The notes: generated by a model not told the origin, from the sequence alone. Positions 48,207-58,884 are shown, counted from the stretch's first letter. The stretch is 64,000 nucleotides of DNA from a virus (IMGVR_UViG_3300032309_000634:19791-83790), one strand, 5' to 3'. A program made the numbers and translations.

Positions 48207-50381
48207 AAGGAGAATAATAAAAATGGAAATGTTAATTATTGCGATTGGTATTTTTATTGCTATCCTAATGATTGCTGGATCTAGATAATAAAAAATAATT
48301 TAAAGGGCGGCTACTGCAGGCTGTCCTTTATTTTTTCGAAAGGTTTTCCACAGGGTGATTTAAGAACTGTGGATAATTTACCCAGGTTGTGAGATTAATC
48401 ACACGACACGCCGTCTTACTATTTAAGATAAGATTATTTAAAATTGAAAATGTCAGTGTGAAATGGTAGGCTTACAGTATAAAGAAAAAGAAAGAAGGTT
48501 GCCCCCTATGGCTACAGTTATAGATAAGACAGATCACTACTTAATTTGGGATATATCTCATATCCACTGCGATGAAATACAATTTAAATATCAGTGCCGT
48601 GTATGCGATGAGTTTATGGATTGCTACTATTGTTCGTTTGACTATGATGAACCCTGCGATTGTCAGTACGATATGCTAGTATCAGAAATATCAACAACGA
48701 AAGAAGGAAACTAATGTATCAAATTACTATTGCCTACGATAGCAAACCTATCCATTGGAACAAAAACTATGTAGACGCTTTAGAGGCGTTTACAGATTTC
48801 TTATCCTTTACAGATTGGGGATTTGCTAACGAATACTCAACAGTTAATCTCTTAATGCCGACTGGCAAAATGTATACAAAAGTATTTTATCGTGAGGGCA
48901 GATTGGTGGTAACTAAGTAATGGCACTATTTAACTTTACTTGTTTTATCAATGTTGAGGCAGATGACTATGATTCTGCTATTGCTATGTTTGATAGTAAT
49001 ATCAGATATGGCTTACTAAATAAAAATGATGTTTATGTCCATGAGATCGAGGAGAAAATATAATGGGATCAATAACAGCACTAGGAATTAAAGATGAAGT
49101 CTTAGACTTAGAAACGCAATTGCGTTATCACTTACAGGGTAATCATTATCCACCAGTACCCGTTGAAATGGTTGCCCCTTGTATTGAAGCAATAGATGCC
49201 GCTTATGACGAGGACTATGAGCGTGTAATTGATATGCCTATGGTTGGTGACTTTCAGATACGCTGGCGTGGTTTGACTCAAGCCCCCGCATGGGCTATTA
49301 TTGAACAACACCACCTATCGTGGTTTATTGACCCAGTAGATGAGGATAACGAATAATGTCTAAGACCTATAAAGTAAGCATGTATCATGAGTTTTATCTT
49401 GAAACGACTGATATTGAAGAGGTAATGAAAAATTACCAATTCCCTGATTTTTGCGATTGTGAGTCTATCATTGGCGAGCCTGAATTTCTAATCAACAGTA
49501 ACTCATGGGTAGAAATGTCAGACTCAGAATTAGATGCGATGTTCGCATGATGACAATAAATAAATGCCCTTGTGATGAACACGACTGCCTTAATCAAGAT
49601 GACTACACGATTGATGAATATATGTGCGAGGAATGTTTTATGGACTGCGTAGAAATGGATAATGCCTAAATGAATGCTACAATGAAACCTATGGAATTAA
49701 TCTTTGCTGATCGTCTAACACCTGGGCAACTAATGCTTAATGATTTAATTGGCGTTGAGGATGATGTTGTTGAAGTTATTGGAGTTAATGATACTAATAA
49801 CGGAGATGATTACCAAATTGAGTTCATTGATGAGTTTGGTGAAAAAGATATTGTTAATTTCAAGCATGATGATTTAATTTCGCTATATGTTTATGTTGAG
49901 GATGATGAATAGCTAATAAGTTAATTTCTGTGCTTCCCCGCAGAAATTTTCGAACCGTGTGAGATTTATCACATGACCCTTTACGTATGACATTTATCAC
50001 ACCCAGGTTTACGATTAAGAATTGACATTTATGACATTTTCTGTCATACTTAGGTATAACCAAATAACAATTCCAAATAGTGAGATTATCAGGTAATAAT
50101 TTGATAAATGTCAGTAGGAAATGTTATACTTAAAATATAACCAACCAACAGAAAAGGAAAAAACAATGTCAGTTAATACAGCAACTTACAAGGTAGGCGA
50201 CACCTACACAACACAAAAGTCAAAGGTAACAGGAACAATCGCAGAGATCACGCCTCTCTCAAATGGTAATGTCCGAGTCAAGTTAGATGTAAATGGTACA
50301 CACCGCTACACAACTTGGACAGCAAAGTAATCTAATTACTAAGTGCCTAGCGTACAGGCACTATAAATAAGTGGCGTGAAC

Positions 50382-50409
50382 TATCCTGAGCAAGATACCA
50401 AAAGGCTCA
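50382..50409 (+). ncRNA. Putative H-type pseudoknot RNA, copy 2
   Basis: TATC-CTGAGCA-A-GATA-CC-AAAA-GGCTCA. Confidence 0.55.
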
Positions 50410-50469
50410 CCAAAATGTCAGACCACCCCCCTATAATATAAATACCCCATAAACAGAAAAGAGAAACAA

Positions 50470-50892
50470 ATGGCTAGAGCAAAAGCAATCAATGTAAAAA
50501 TCGCAACACCTAAAATCATCACAGCACTAGAAGCCTCTCTCGCTAAGTTAGAAGCAGACTACGCAACACAAGAAGCCAACGAAGCAAAATATCTAAAGGC
50601 AGTAGAAAAGTGGAAAACAGAAGTCTTTGAGTTTGCTATGGCAAATGTCAAGAAGTCTTTTAACCTTCGCACTAACTATCGCTCATATAACAACACACTC
50701 AACATTGACTTTGACTTGACAGTTCCTGAAAAGGATATGCCAGCAGAGCCAGAGCGTAACTTTGAGTATATTCATGCCAGCACTTATCGTGAGTCTAAGA
50801 AAGAATTGTCAAACGCAATTCGTATTCTAAAGATGACAGATGAGGAAACAGTTAATACCTCAACATACAACGCAGTATCCGAATACCTATAA
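50470..50892 (+). CDS. Conserved-looking hypothetical protein
   Basis: 140-aa ORF with own promoter and a downstream pseudoknot copy. Confidence 0.7.
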   Translation: MARAKAINVKIATPKIITALEASLAKLEADYATQEANEAKYLKAVEKWKTEVFEFAMANVKKSFNLRTNYRSYNNTLNIDFDLTVPEKDMPAEPERNFEYIHASTYRESKKELSNAIRILKMTDEETVNTSTYNAVSEYL

Positions 50893-50903
50893 ACAATTAA
50901 ATA

Positions 50904-50934
50904 ATGTCCTGAGCATGACATGCTAAACTGCTCA
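50904..50934 (+). ncRNA. Putative H-type pseudoknot RNA, copy 3
   Basis: ATGTC-CTGAGCA-T-GACAT-GCT-AAAC-TGCTCA. Confidence 0.6.
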
Positions 50935-51650
50935 ACACAAAACTTTAGAAAGGTAGCCCAATGATTAGCACAATGTTACAAATTAAACAAGCAACAGAGG
51001 AAGCACTATTTGATCCTGATCTAATGAGTTTAGCACAATTCATGTTTCAGAATCGTGAGTATATAGAAACTGAGGAGTTTGCTCAAATACTATTTAAATA
51101 TAGTTCCTCACTATCAGCACTAACAGCAACACTTGTTTCACAGGTTTGTTTATCACACTCAGATATGTCAGACATGGTTGCTACAATTAAAGAAATGAAC
51201 GAATTATCTAAGGAAATGGAGTAGCCCATGAACACAACAGCAATAGCAACAGAGGATTTTCTTAAGGCCACAATCGCTAAGCATGAGGAGCGAATCAATG
51301 ATTTAACTTTACATGCCCAGAAGTTAGCGCAGCGTGACTATGATACAGCAGGCATACTACAACTCTTACGTGACAATATGTACACATGGACCATGAATGC
51401 GTTAGAGGAGCGAGAGATCTCAGAAACTAACGCAGAAGAGATTGCTGAAATTTGTGGTTTTGAATTGTTAAAAGAATTTGAATTGGAAGTTACAGTTCAA
51501 TACTCAGTGACAGTTAATGCTCGTGATGAAGAGTCAGCACTAAACTTAATTCACGATATTGATTTTGATTCTGTATCTTATCCTGAAGGCGTAGAATATA
51601 TTTCGGGAAGCGTTGACCGTACTGAAATAATTTAGTAGGGGGCTACTAAT

Positions 51651-51679
51651 GGACCTGAGCACGTCCTTAAACTGCTTCA
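51651..51679 (+). ncRNA. Putative H-type pseudoknot RNA, copy 4
   Basis: GGAC-CTGAGCA-C-GTCC-TT-AAAC-TGCTTCA. Confidence 0.55.
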
Positions 51680-51839
51680 CAAATTTTTCGAACGGCCTAG
51701 CTTAAAAGTCAAGTTACGATCATGTGATTAAGATCACGAAAAAAATGTCCATATTGTCCATGTTTAACTATCCCGATTTGCTTTTGTCAGTCGGCAATGT
51801 TATACTTAAATTAACAATCAAACGAAAGGAAATAAACTC

Positions 51840-52856
51840 ATGGCACATGACTTAGAATCTCAGAATGGCAAAACATCTTTTGCTTCATTCCGTGAACCTG
51901 CTTGGCATGGATTGGGTACTGTATTCTCAGAGGAAAAAACCACATCAGAAATGCTTTCATTAGCAAATCTTGACGGGTGGAATGTTCGTCTTGAGGATTT
52001 AGAAACCCCTACACATCTAACAAGCGACAAGGCGTACCAATATGTCTTGCGTACTAATCCCACAGATAACACTCAAACCGATATTCTTGGTGTAGTTGGT
52101 GAACGCTATCACGTTTTACAGAATGAGGATCTATTCTCATTCGGTGACAATATCCTAGACGGTGGCGGTCGTTGGGAAACTGCTGGCTCAATCAAGGGTG
52201 GTCGTGTCGTATTTGGTGCGTTAGCACTAGAGCGTGAAACAATTCTTGACCCTAGCGGTGTTGCCGATAAGGTCAAAACTTATTTGCTCATCAACACATC
52301 ACACGACGGTTCTATCGCAATTCAAGCAAGTATCACGCCTGTTCGTGTTGTATGCGCTAACACTCTCAACCTTGCTCTTGGTTCAATCAAGAAAAAGAAT
52401 GGTATCAAGCAATCTTTCAAGATTCGCCATACTCAAACTGCTAACGGCAAAGTTCAAATTGCTCGTGAAACTCTTGGCATGGCTAACAAGTATATGGATG
52501 AATTTGATCTCATGGCTAAGGCTATGATTGAAAAAGAAGTCACAGCACTTGATTTTAACAAAATTGTTCTTGCTGCTTATCCTAAGCCAGAAAAAGATTC
52601 TAAGGGTTCACTTAAAAAGTGGGAAAATAAAATTGATGTTGTCAATGATATTTACACTGGTGAATTTAATGGAATGATTGCTGGTTCTGCTTGGGGTGCG
52701 TTCAATGCGCTAACCGAACGCCTTGACTGGTATCGTTCTGCTCGTGGTGGTTCTAACGAATCCATCCTTGCTTCCGCAAGTGGTTTTGATCCTGCGATTA
52801 ACGCAGAAAAAAATCGTTTGCTAAGAGTTGTTCAAAATGTTATGGCGTTAGCCTAA
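51840..52856 (+). CDS. DUF932 / TIGR03299-like phage-plasmid protein
   Basis: MAH...REPAWHGLG, ETAGSIKGGR, NTSHDGS, TPVRVVCANTL, IRHT. Confidence 0.85.
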   Translation: MAHDLESQNGKTSFASFREPAWHGLGTVFSEEKTTSEMLSLANLDGWNVRLEDLETPTHLTSDKAYQYVLRTNPTDNTQTDILGVVGERYHVLQNEDLFSFGDNILDGGGRWETAGSIKGGRVVFGALALERETILDPSGVADKVKTYLLINTSHDGSIAIQASITPVRVVCANTLNLALGSIKKKNGIKQSFKIRHTQTANGKVQIARETLGMANKYMDEFDLMAKAMIEKEVTALDFNKIVLAAYPKPEKDSKGSLKKWENKIDVVNDIYTGEFNGMIAGSAWGAFNALTERLDWYRSARGGSNESILASASGFDPAINAEKNRLLRVVQNVMALA

Positions 52857-52860
52857 CAAA

Positions 52861-52889
52861 AAATCCTGAGCATGATTTCAAACTGCTCA
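52861..52889 (+). ncRNA. Putative H-type pseudoknot RNA, copy 5 (6 nt before tRNA-Asp)
   Basis: AAATC-CTGAGCA-T-GATTT-C-AAAC-TGCTCA. Confidence 0.6.
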
Positions 52890-52895
52890 CCATTA

Positions 52896-52969
52896 GGTCT
52901 GTTAGCTCAGTTGGTTAGAGCGCTACCCTGTCACGGTAGAGGTCGTCGGTTCAAGTCCGATACAGATCG
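52896..52969 (+). tRNA. tRNA-Asp(GTC)
   Basis: GGTCTGT/ACAGATC acceptor, CTACC-CTGTCAC-GGTAG anticodon arm, TTCAAGT T-loop. Confidence 0.95.
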
Positions 52970-55900
52970 CAAGATTTTCGAATTTGACATTTTTTAAAAT
53001 GAATGATTACGTAAGCAGTGATATTTTTCCAGGAATTGTATTACGTAAGGAGTTGACATTTCGCAGGGTTTATGCGATAATTAATACATAACCACAACCA
53101 CTGGGAGAATAATGAAAGTAAGAATCAGTCTTGAACAAACCGTAGATATAGATGACATCCTATCTAATGATATAGGGTTTGAAGAATATGGCCCTAAAGA
53201 TATGAGTACCGAAGATAAAGTAGATTATCTCATGGCTCGCTTTGCTGAGGATATAGATCGTCTGGTAAAATATGATGAAGTATTAGGTAACATCTCAGTA
53301 GAATACATAGAGGACTAAATGAAATTAGAAGAGCCTTGGCTTGAATGGTCTAACTCATGTTGGACTAAGCATGAGTATCTTTGTACTGAGTGTGATACTC
53401 TTATGGAGATTACTACTACTTGGAAAGATGAGTTTATTCCAATCCCCGCATGTCCGTGCCCTCACCAGGCCATTGTTAAACTAAACGCACAGATACTACC
53501 AGGTTCTATCTATGCCTCATACCATAGCAATGTGACTGACATCACACCCACACCGCTTGTCAAAATCAATTCAAACCCCTATAATTAATATATGGACCTA
53601 AACACACTAACCGAGTATATCAAGATACATAAGATATCTTTACAACAAACTATGGAAGAAGCACAAGAGGGTATTGAGATTCCCGATGATGAGTACTTTG
53701 AATCAGATTCATTTTACATGGGAGCAATTGATACCTGTGATCACCTATTGAGGATTATCAATGAGTGATAAGTATCCCTTTATCCCCGAACATTTAACTA
53801 AAGCCTTAGAGGACACCTCTATACCACTAATAGATTTAATGCATGGACACCTTAAGGTAGAAATGCTTGACTGCGAGGAAGCCATGAAAGATAATCCTGA
53901 TAGATATCTTGAGGGGTACCTACAGGCCTTGACAAATATGTATTGCCTAACGTATAATTTATCTATTGACCGTAAAAATATTGAGGAGAAGTATTATGCC
54001 TGAGTTAATTGAAATGGATTATGATGAATGGTTTGATACCTTTAAGCCAGTACCTAATCATATAGATACAAATGCTTCATTTAGCGATGGAGAGTATGGC
54101 TATATGTTTGAAACATATGGAGATGAACTAACATTTATACAGGGGGCCAATGATAACGTTATTTGGACTTATGGTGATGGTGATGATGGGGGGACCTATA
54201 TATGGTCTGGCTATAGCTTTGTTAATCGTATTGGATATTTTATTACTGAACGGCCTTGGGTAAATGATGTTCAGGTTTTAGTTATTCCAGCAGATGATGA
54301 ACTTGACAATGAGGACGACGAGGAGTAAAATAGTAATATGAAACCCGAAGATAAAGATAAACTAAATCAATGCCTAGATATTCTAGACTCAACCGACCTT
54401 GGCCTATCACTAGTGTGGTTATGGACATGGAGCACTATCACCAACATTTTGGATGACCCTGAATATAAGGCAAATGTAACAGAAGATCAGATGTGGGAGC
54501 ACCTCTGTGAGGCTGTAGAGGCTGGTATGGGCTTTTCATTAGAGTATGGTACCGAACAACATCAAGAAGATGTCTTAGAGTGGATGATGAATCGTGATTA
54601 CATCTCAGATCCATATGATGAAGATGATGACGATACAGACGAATAGACTAGATAAGCGTTTATCTGAGTATACTTTTGATGAACTATGCGTTGCCATATG
54701 TGAATGGTGCAGGGACCCTGATATGAATATGTCAGAGTACATGTGCCCTAACTGCTACAAGGATGACGAACAGATCTGCGTTGAATGTTGCGGATGTTAT
54801 GATGAGGAGAATGAGTAATGGGAGCCCGTATTAACTATGTATTTAAAGATTCAGATCCTGCTGTAGGAGAGCCTGCAGCATATGTGGTCCTATACTCACA
54901 TTGGGGCCAGACAGACTGGCAACCTGATATCGCTGCGGCCCTAACACATGCACGTGTCCGTTGGTCAGACCCTTCATATGCTACCCGCATGATGATTAGT
55001 TATCTTATTCAAGACAGTGTTTTGGACGAGCACGGTTTTGGAATATATGCTATTAATGACCGTGGGTCTATGGACCTAGGAGAACAGACAGTAGTTATTG
55101 ACTTCATTAATAATACTGTCACTGATATTCACCCTGTTGAATTTAACGCATTTATTAATGCATATGCACCTCATCTATCACTAACTAACTAAGGAGAAAC
55201 AAATGGCTAAGAAAGCAAAAGCAAAGACCGTCCCATACCTAGAAACATGGGATACCCGTTACGGCAAGTCTCAACGCATTGTACTTCGCAAGAATGGTAA
55301 GTTTGTTGACAATACCAGTCTTAGCGCTCTCAAGCAAGGGGAACGGGTCACCTCTCGCTAATATAGGACAGGGGGGGCAGCGTGGGGTTGCCCTTCCTTC
55401 CTTTTTGCGGTATAATGAATAGAGAGGGGAAACATGACATTTTCTATACGCAAATCAAGCGTTGGTACAAGTGAAGAAAAGATCGCACAAAAATTAAATA
55501 TCATTGTCAGCGACCTCAATCTAAACTTAGAGCAGGTTGGCAAAATGATAGCACGAGTCTTGCCTACTTTAACTTTTAATAGAGTTATGGTAATATTTGA
55601 GAGTGCTCAAGCAGAACGAGAAAAGATAATAAACGAACCAAGCATTACACATAATTATCGGGACTGGAGAAATCATGATTGGGAAGACTAAAGGCGTTAC
55701 AGAAACAGAGATCCTAGCATTTTTATGGGAAAATAATTTAGCGATTGACAGTTCTTTTTTGCCACCTGAGTTCTTTGAAAAATTTCAAGATGTCCTACAA
55801 CTGTGTAAGTTTATCGCAATTGGCTGGGCTAAATCAACAAAAGACTCTCAAGAACTAATTGACTACATTTGGAATACTTTATGTGAATTGCGTGACCTTG

Positions 55901-56259
55901 ACCCTAAAGACAAGTATAAAGATATCTTAGAATTTTTTAATGTTCAAGAAGTTAAGTTGGAGTTCTAATGAACGTAGAGTTTGAAAGCCAGTGCGCTATC
56001 CTTGGACAGTTCTGGATTGAGTTTAGGGGTAACAATGAGTTTAAAGAATTCATTGAGTACAACGATATGGGTTTGCCTATGGCTTATTTAATTAATGAAG
56101 GTTTGGTACTCTCTACCCAATTTGCAGAAAAATATATTGAGGAAACCTTTAACCTATTTCTTGCCGCATTAGATATAACAGATGAAGAGTTAGAAGGCGT
56201 TGACAATCTAACAGCTTTATTAGATATCGCCTATGAGAAAAAACTGGATTAGCCCGAGT

Positions 56260-56960
56260 AGGGATTTTCGAACTTTATTTCCAAACCAAGGTATTACGAA
56301 CTCTTAAAAAATAGTCCAGGTTTTCGAGTAACATTTTCCAAACCAAGGTATTACGAACCTCTCTAAAAAAATCGCCAGGATTCTAGCATATCAAACCTTA
56401 CATGTCAAACCTTACATCCAGCTATAAAGGTTTTGTATTGTATCTTATACTACTGACATTACGAACTCTCTTTATTTATCCCCCGCCCCAGAAATGACTC
56501 CTAGGATAGCTACACATCCCGCAGCGGGGGATCAAAAGATATACCAAATTCTACACTATAAAAGACATTACGAATAACAAACCTTTTTCCCTGGTTTTTA
56601 AATATTTATAAAACCTTTCTATTCTTTTTTATTAATTTATTGGACATTTTGAGCAATTTTGTATAGGGTTTTTAGGCTATAAAGGTTTGACAAATAGAGG
56701 TTTGGATGGTATACTCCAGGGTTTGGAAGGTATGGTTTGACAAAGGAAAGGTTTTGTGGTAGAAGGTTTGAACGTCCTGGACATTACGAGCCCCTTTGTC
56801 TAAGCGCTCCATACTCCATTTCACTCCACTTTCCTCCACTCAAAGATAAATCTAAAAAATATCAGTAAGATCTATCTGTGGATAAACCTGTGGATAACTT
56901 TATCAAACCATGCCTATAACCTGTGGATAACTCCCAAATAAACATTACGATAGATCAAAT
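56260..56960. other. Putative replication origin / large repeat-rich non-coding region
   Basis: TGTGGATAA at 56877, 56889, 56922; TTCCAAACCAAGGTATTACGAAC twice; repeated ATTACGA, CAAACC and GGTTTG; AT-rich core ~56595-56640. Confidence 0.55.
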
Positions 56961-57772
56961 CTTTTCCCCAATCATGGTATGATATAGATATGAAAAATAC
57001 ATATAAATGTCCAGAATGTGCTACAACTATTGTCATTACAACCAAGGTTCATGATCTACCAGAGTCTATTATCTGTCCTTGTGATGCTGTAATGCCATTA
57101 AAAGCTTAGCCTTTACTTAACAAACCTTAGCCTTTACCTAATATTCCAGGGTATATAATTTTCTGGCTGTGTGGTATCATAGATATATGGAAATCTTAAC
57201 CGAACAATGTTATTACTGCGATAAGCAAGCAGAGTACAATGACGTTGTTGTAGAAGACCTAGTATATTCTGTTTCTGGCGTATGTAAGAATCATCTTAGA
57301 ATGGGGCTATCATCTTAACGTTATTAGCTATAGGGATTACTTGGTATATTACTAAGGTTTATTATTCTAAGTCCCCGTTTTTTTTGACAAACCATTTAAG
57401 CCTTGAAGGTTTGACCTATGCTCAATGCCATAAGTGTTCTCAGCATGTCATTACTAGCCCAGAAAACCTTAGAACTCCTTTTTACTGTCTGGCATGTGCT
57501 TGAACGAAGATCAATGTCTAAAGTGTGAGATGAGTATTAACGATCCTTTGTATTGGGATCTTCATCAAACAATGACAGATGGTAGGATTTGGTGTGCTTA
57601 TGGTAAAAGACTGTAGCCATAAATGGTACATGCGTGAAGATGGTATTCAATGTACTAAGTGCTTTATCATTTGGTCGGAAGAGATGGATGCTAACCTATA
57701 GTGCCCGTGTAGGGCAGGGAGTGGTTTGTTACCCTCTATTTTCCGCCGAACTTTAGAATGGTATAATAAATT

Positions 57773-58366
57773 GTGATCAATTATAAAAATAGCAAAAGCT
57801 CTACATTCCAGGAGTCGTTTGTCATCTCGATGACTCAAGAAAAAAAGAATGGATTCTATGTAGAGTTAGGATCGGCAGATCCATACATCGAAAGTAATAC
57901 TTTTCTGTTAGAGTCTGAGTTTGGCTGGACAGGTCTTGCTCTTGAGATTGATAAACAAGTGGCTGATGGCTATAACTTATCTGATCGCAAGAACAAGTGT
58001 ATCAATGAGGATGCTCTAAGATTTGACTATCTTAATTACTTTAAAGAAAATAATTTTCCAAAAACCATTGACTTTTTACAAATTGATATAGATGGACATG
58101 ATGATGGTAATTGTCTTTTAGCCCTAATATCTCTACCAATGTTACAGTATAGATTCTCAACAATAATCATTGAGCATGATCTATCTCAAAATTATAAAAG
58201 ACATCCTATGAGAGATGCTCAGAGAGAAATCTTAAGCAGCCTAGGATATAAGCTTATTGGACAAACCCTAAGTGAAGACTGGTGGGTTGATCCAAAGTCT
58301 GTCAACCAAGAAGCCTACAGGTATGATATATTTAACGGAATGCCACACATTGGAGCAAACAAATGA
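57773..58366 (+). CDS. FkbM-family SAM methyltransferase-like protein
   Basis: GFYVELGS...SNT..LE..FGWTGL..E, IDFLQIDID, I.IEH. Confidence 0.8.
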   Translation: MINYKNSKSSTFQESFVISMTQEKKNGFYVELGSADPYIESNTFLLESEFGWTGLALEIDKQVADGYNLSDRKNKCINEDALRFDYLNYFKENNFPKTIDFLQIDIDGHDDGNCLLALISLPMLQYRFSTIIIEHDLSQNYKRHPMRDAQREILSSLGYKLIGQTLSEDWWVDPKSVNQEAYRYDIFNGMPHIGANK

Positions 58367-58884
58367 AATTAACAAAACACGCAGAAGGTGTATACGAAAT
58401 TGAGGGGTTCTTAGATGAAGAACAAAGGGCTGCTCTTTTATCTAAAGCTAAAGAAAATTTAGACTGGAATACCACACATGTAGGAAATACAGTTAAGGAT
58501 ATGGGTAATGATTTATACCTTAAAATGGAAGATATATACAAAAACATTGAAACATTTTTTAGTAATATAGAATCAATAATCTATAGCCGTGACTTAAGAA
58601 GACTAACAAATTCAGAGTTTATGTGGCCTCACGCAGATGGTGGAAATCCTGATGATCCAAGAAAAATAGTTTTTGGTATTGCTATTTATTTAAATGATGA
58701 TTTTGGTGGAGGAGAATTAATATATCCAGACCTTGGCTTAAGCGTTACCCCAAAGGCAGGAAGTATGGTTATTCATAATGCTGACCTCAAGCATCAAGTA
58801 TTTCCAGTTGTAGAGCGAGATAGGTACTCAATAACTACCTTTGTTTTTGGTGATGAATCTACTAGGTTTAATTGGGTGGAGTAG
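58363..58884 (+). CDS. 2OG-Fe(II) oxygenase, prolyl-4-hydroxylase-like
   Basis: HAD...YLNDDFGGGEL...HQV...R. Confidence 0.85.
   Translation: MKLTKHAEGVYEIEGFLDEEQRAALLSKAKENLDWNTTHVGNTVKDMGNDLYLKMEDIYKNIETFFSNIESIIYSRDLRRLTNSEFMWPHADGGNPDDPRKIVFGIAIYLNDDFGGGELIYPDLGLSVTPKAGSMVIHNADLKHQVFPVVERDRYSITTFVFGDESTRFNWVE

Larger units (their letters stand above)
44470..51806. promoter_or_regulatory. Thirteen TGTCAG-N10-TAnnnT promoters
   Basis: + strand TGTCAG at 44974, 45904, 46022, 46373, 47254, 48451, 48661, 50109, 50416, 51166, 51785; - strand at 44486-44491 and 44751-44756; exact 10-nt spacer each time. Confidence 0.85.
44530..53546. promoter_or_regulatory. CRP/GlxR-type palindromes TGTGA-N6-TCACA
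   Basis: Perfect at 44795, 45840, 47086, 48388, 49958, 53531; one mismatch at 44530, 44909, 44925, 49986, 51723. Confidence 0.8.
45030..56252 (+). other. Early/accessory region of dozens of small, mostly acidic or Zn-finger-like hypothetical genes
   Basis: Tightly packed + strand ORFs (e.g. 45370, 46071, 46437, 46647, 48714, 49063, 49356, 49670, 50166, 50470, 50961, 51228, 53112, 53319, 53761, 54338, 54818, 55434, 55675, 55968) with GAAAGG/GGAG SDs. Confidence 0.75.

Noticed and set aside
46994-52889. Repeated CUGAGCA element as a hammerhead or HDV-like (theta) ribozyme, or as CRISPR repeats
   Set aside because: Lacks the CUGAnGA/GAAA three-stem core and the nested double pseudoknot; copies are separated by whole genes
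49516-55527. Other TGTCAG occurrences (49516, 50167, 54730, 55505; also 46072)
   Set aside because: No TAnnnT at the 10-nt spacing (46072 gives CACAAT; 55505 has 11 nt), so not counted as promoters
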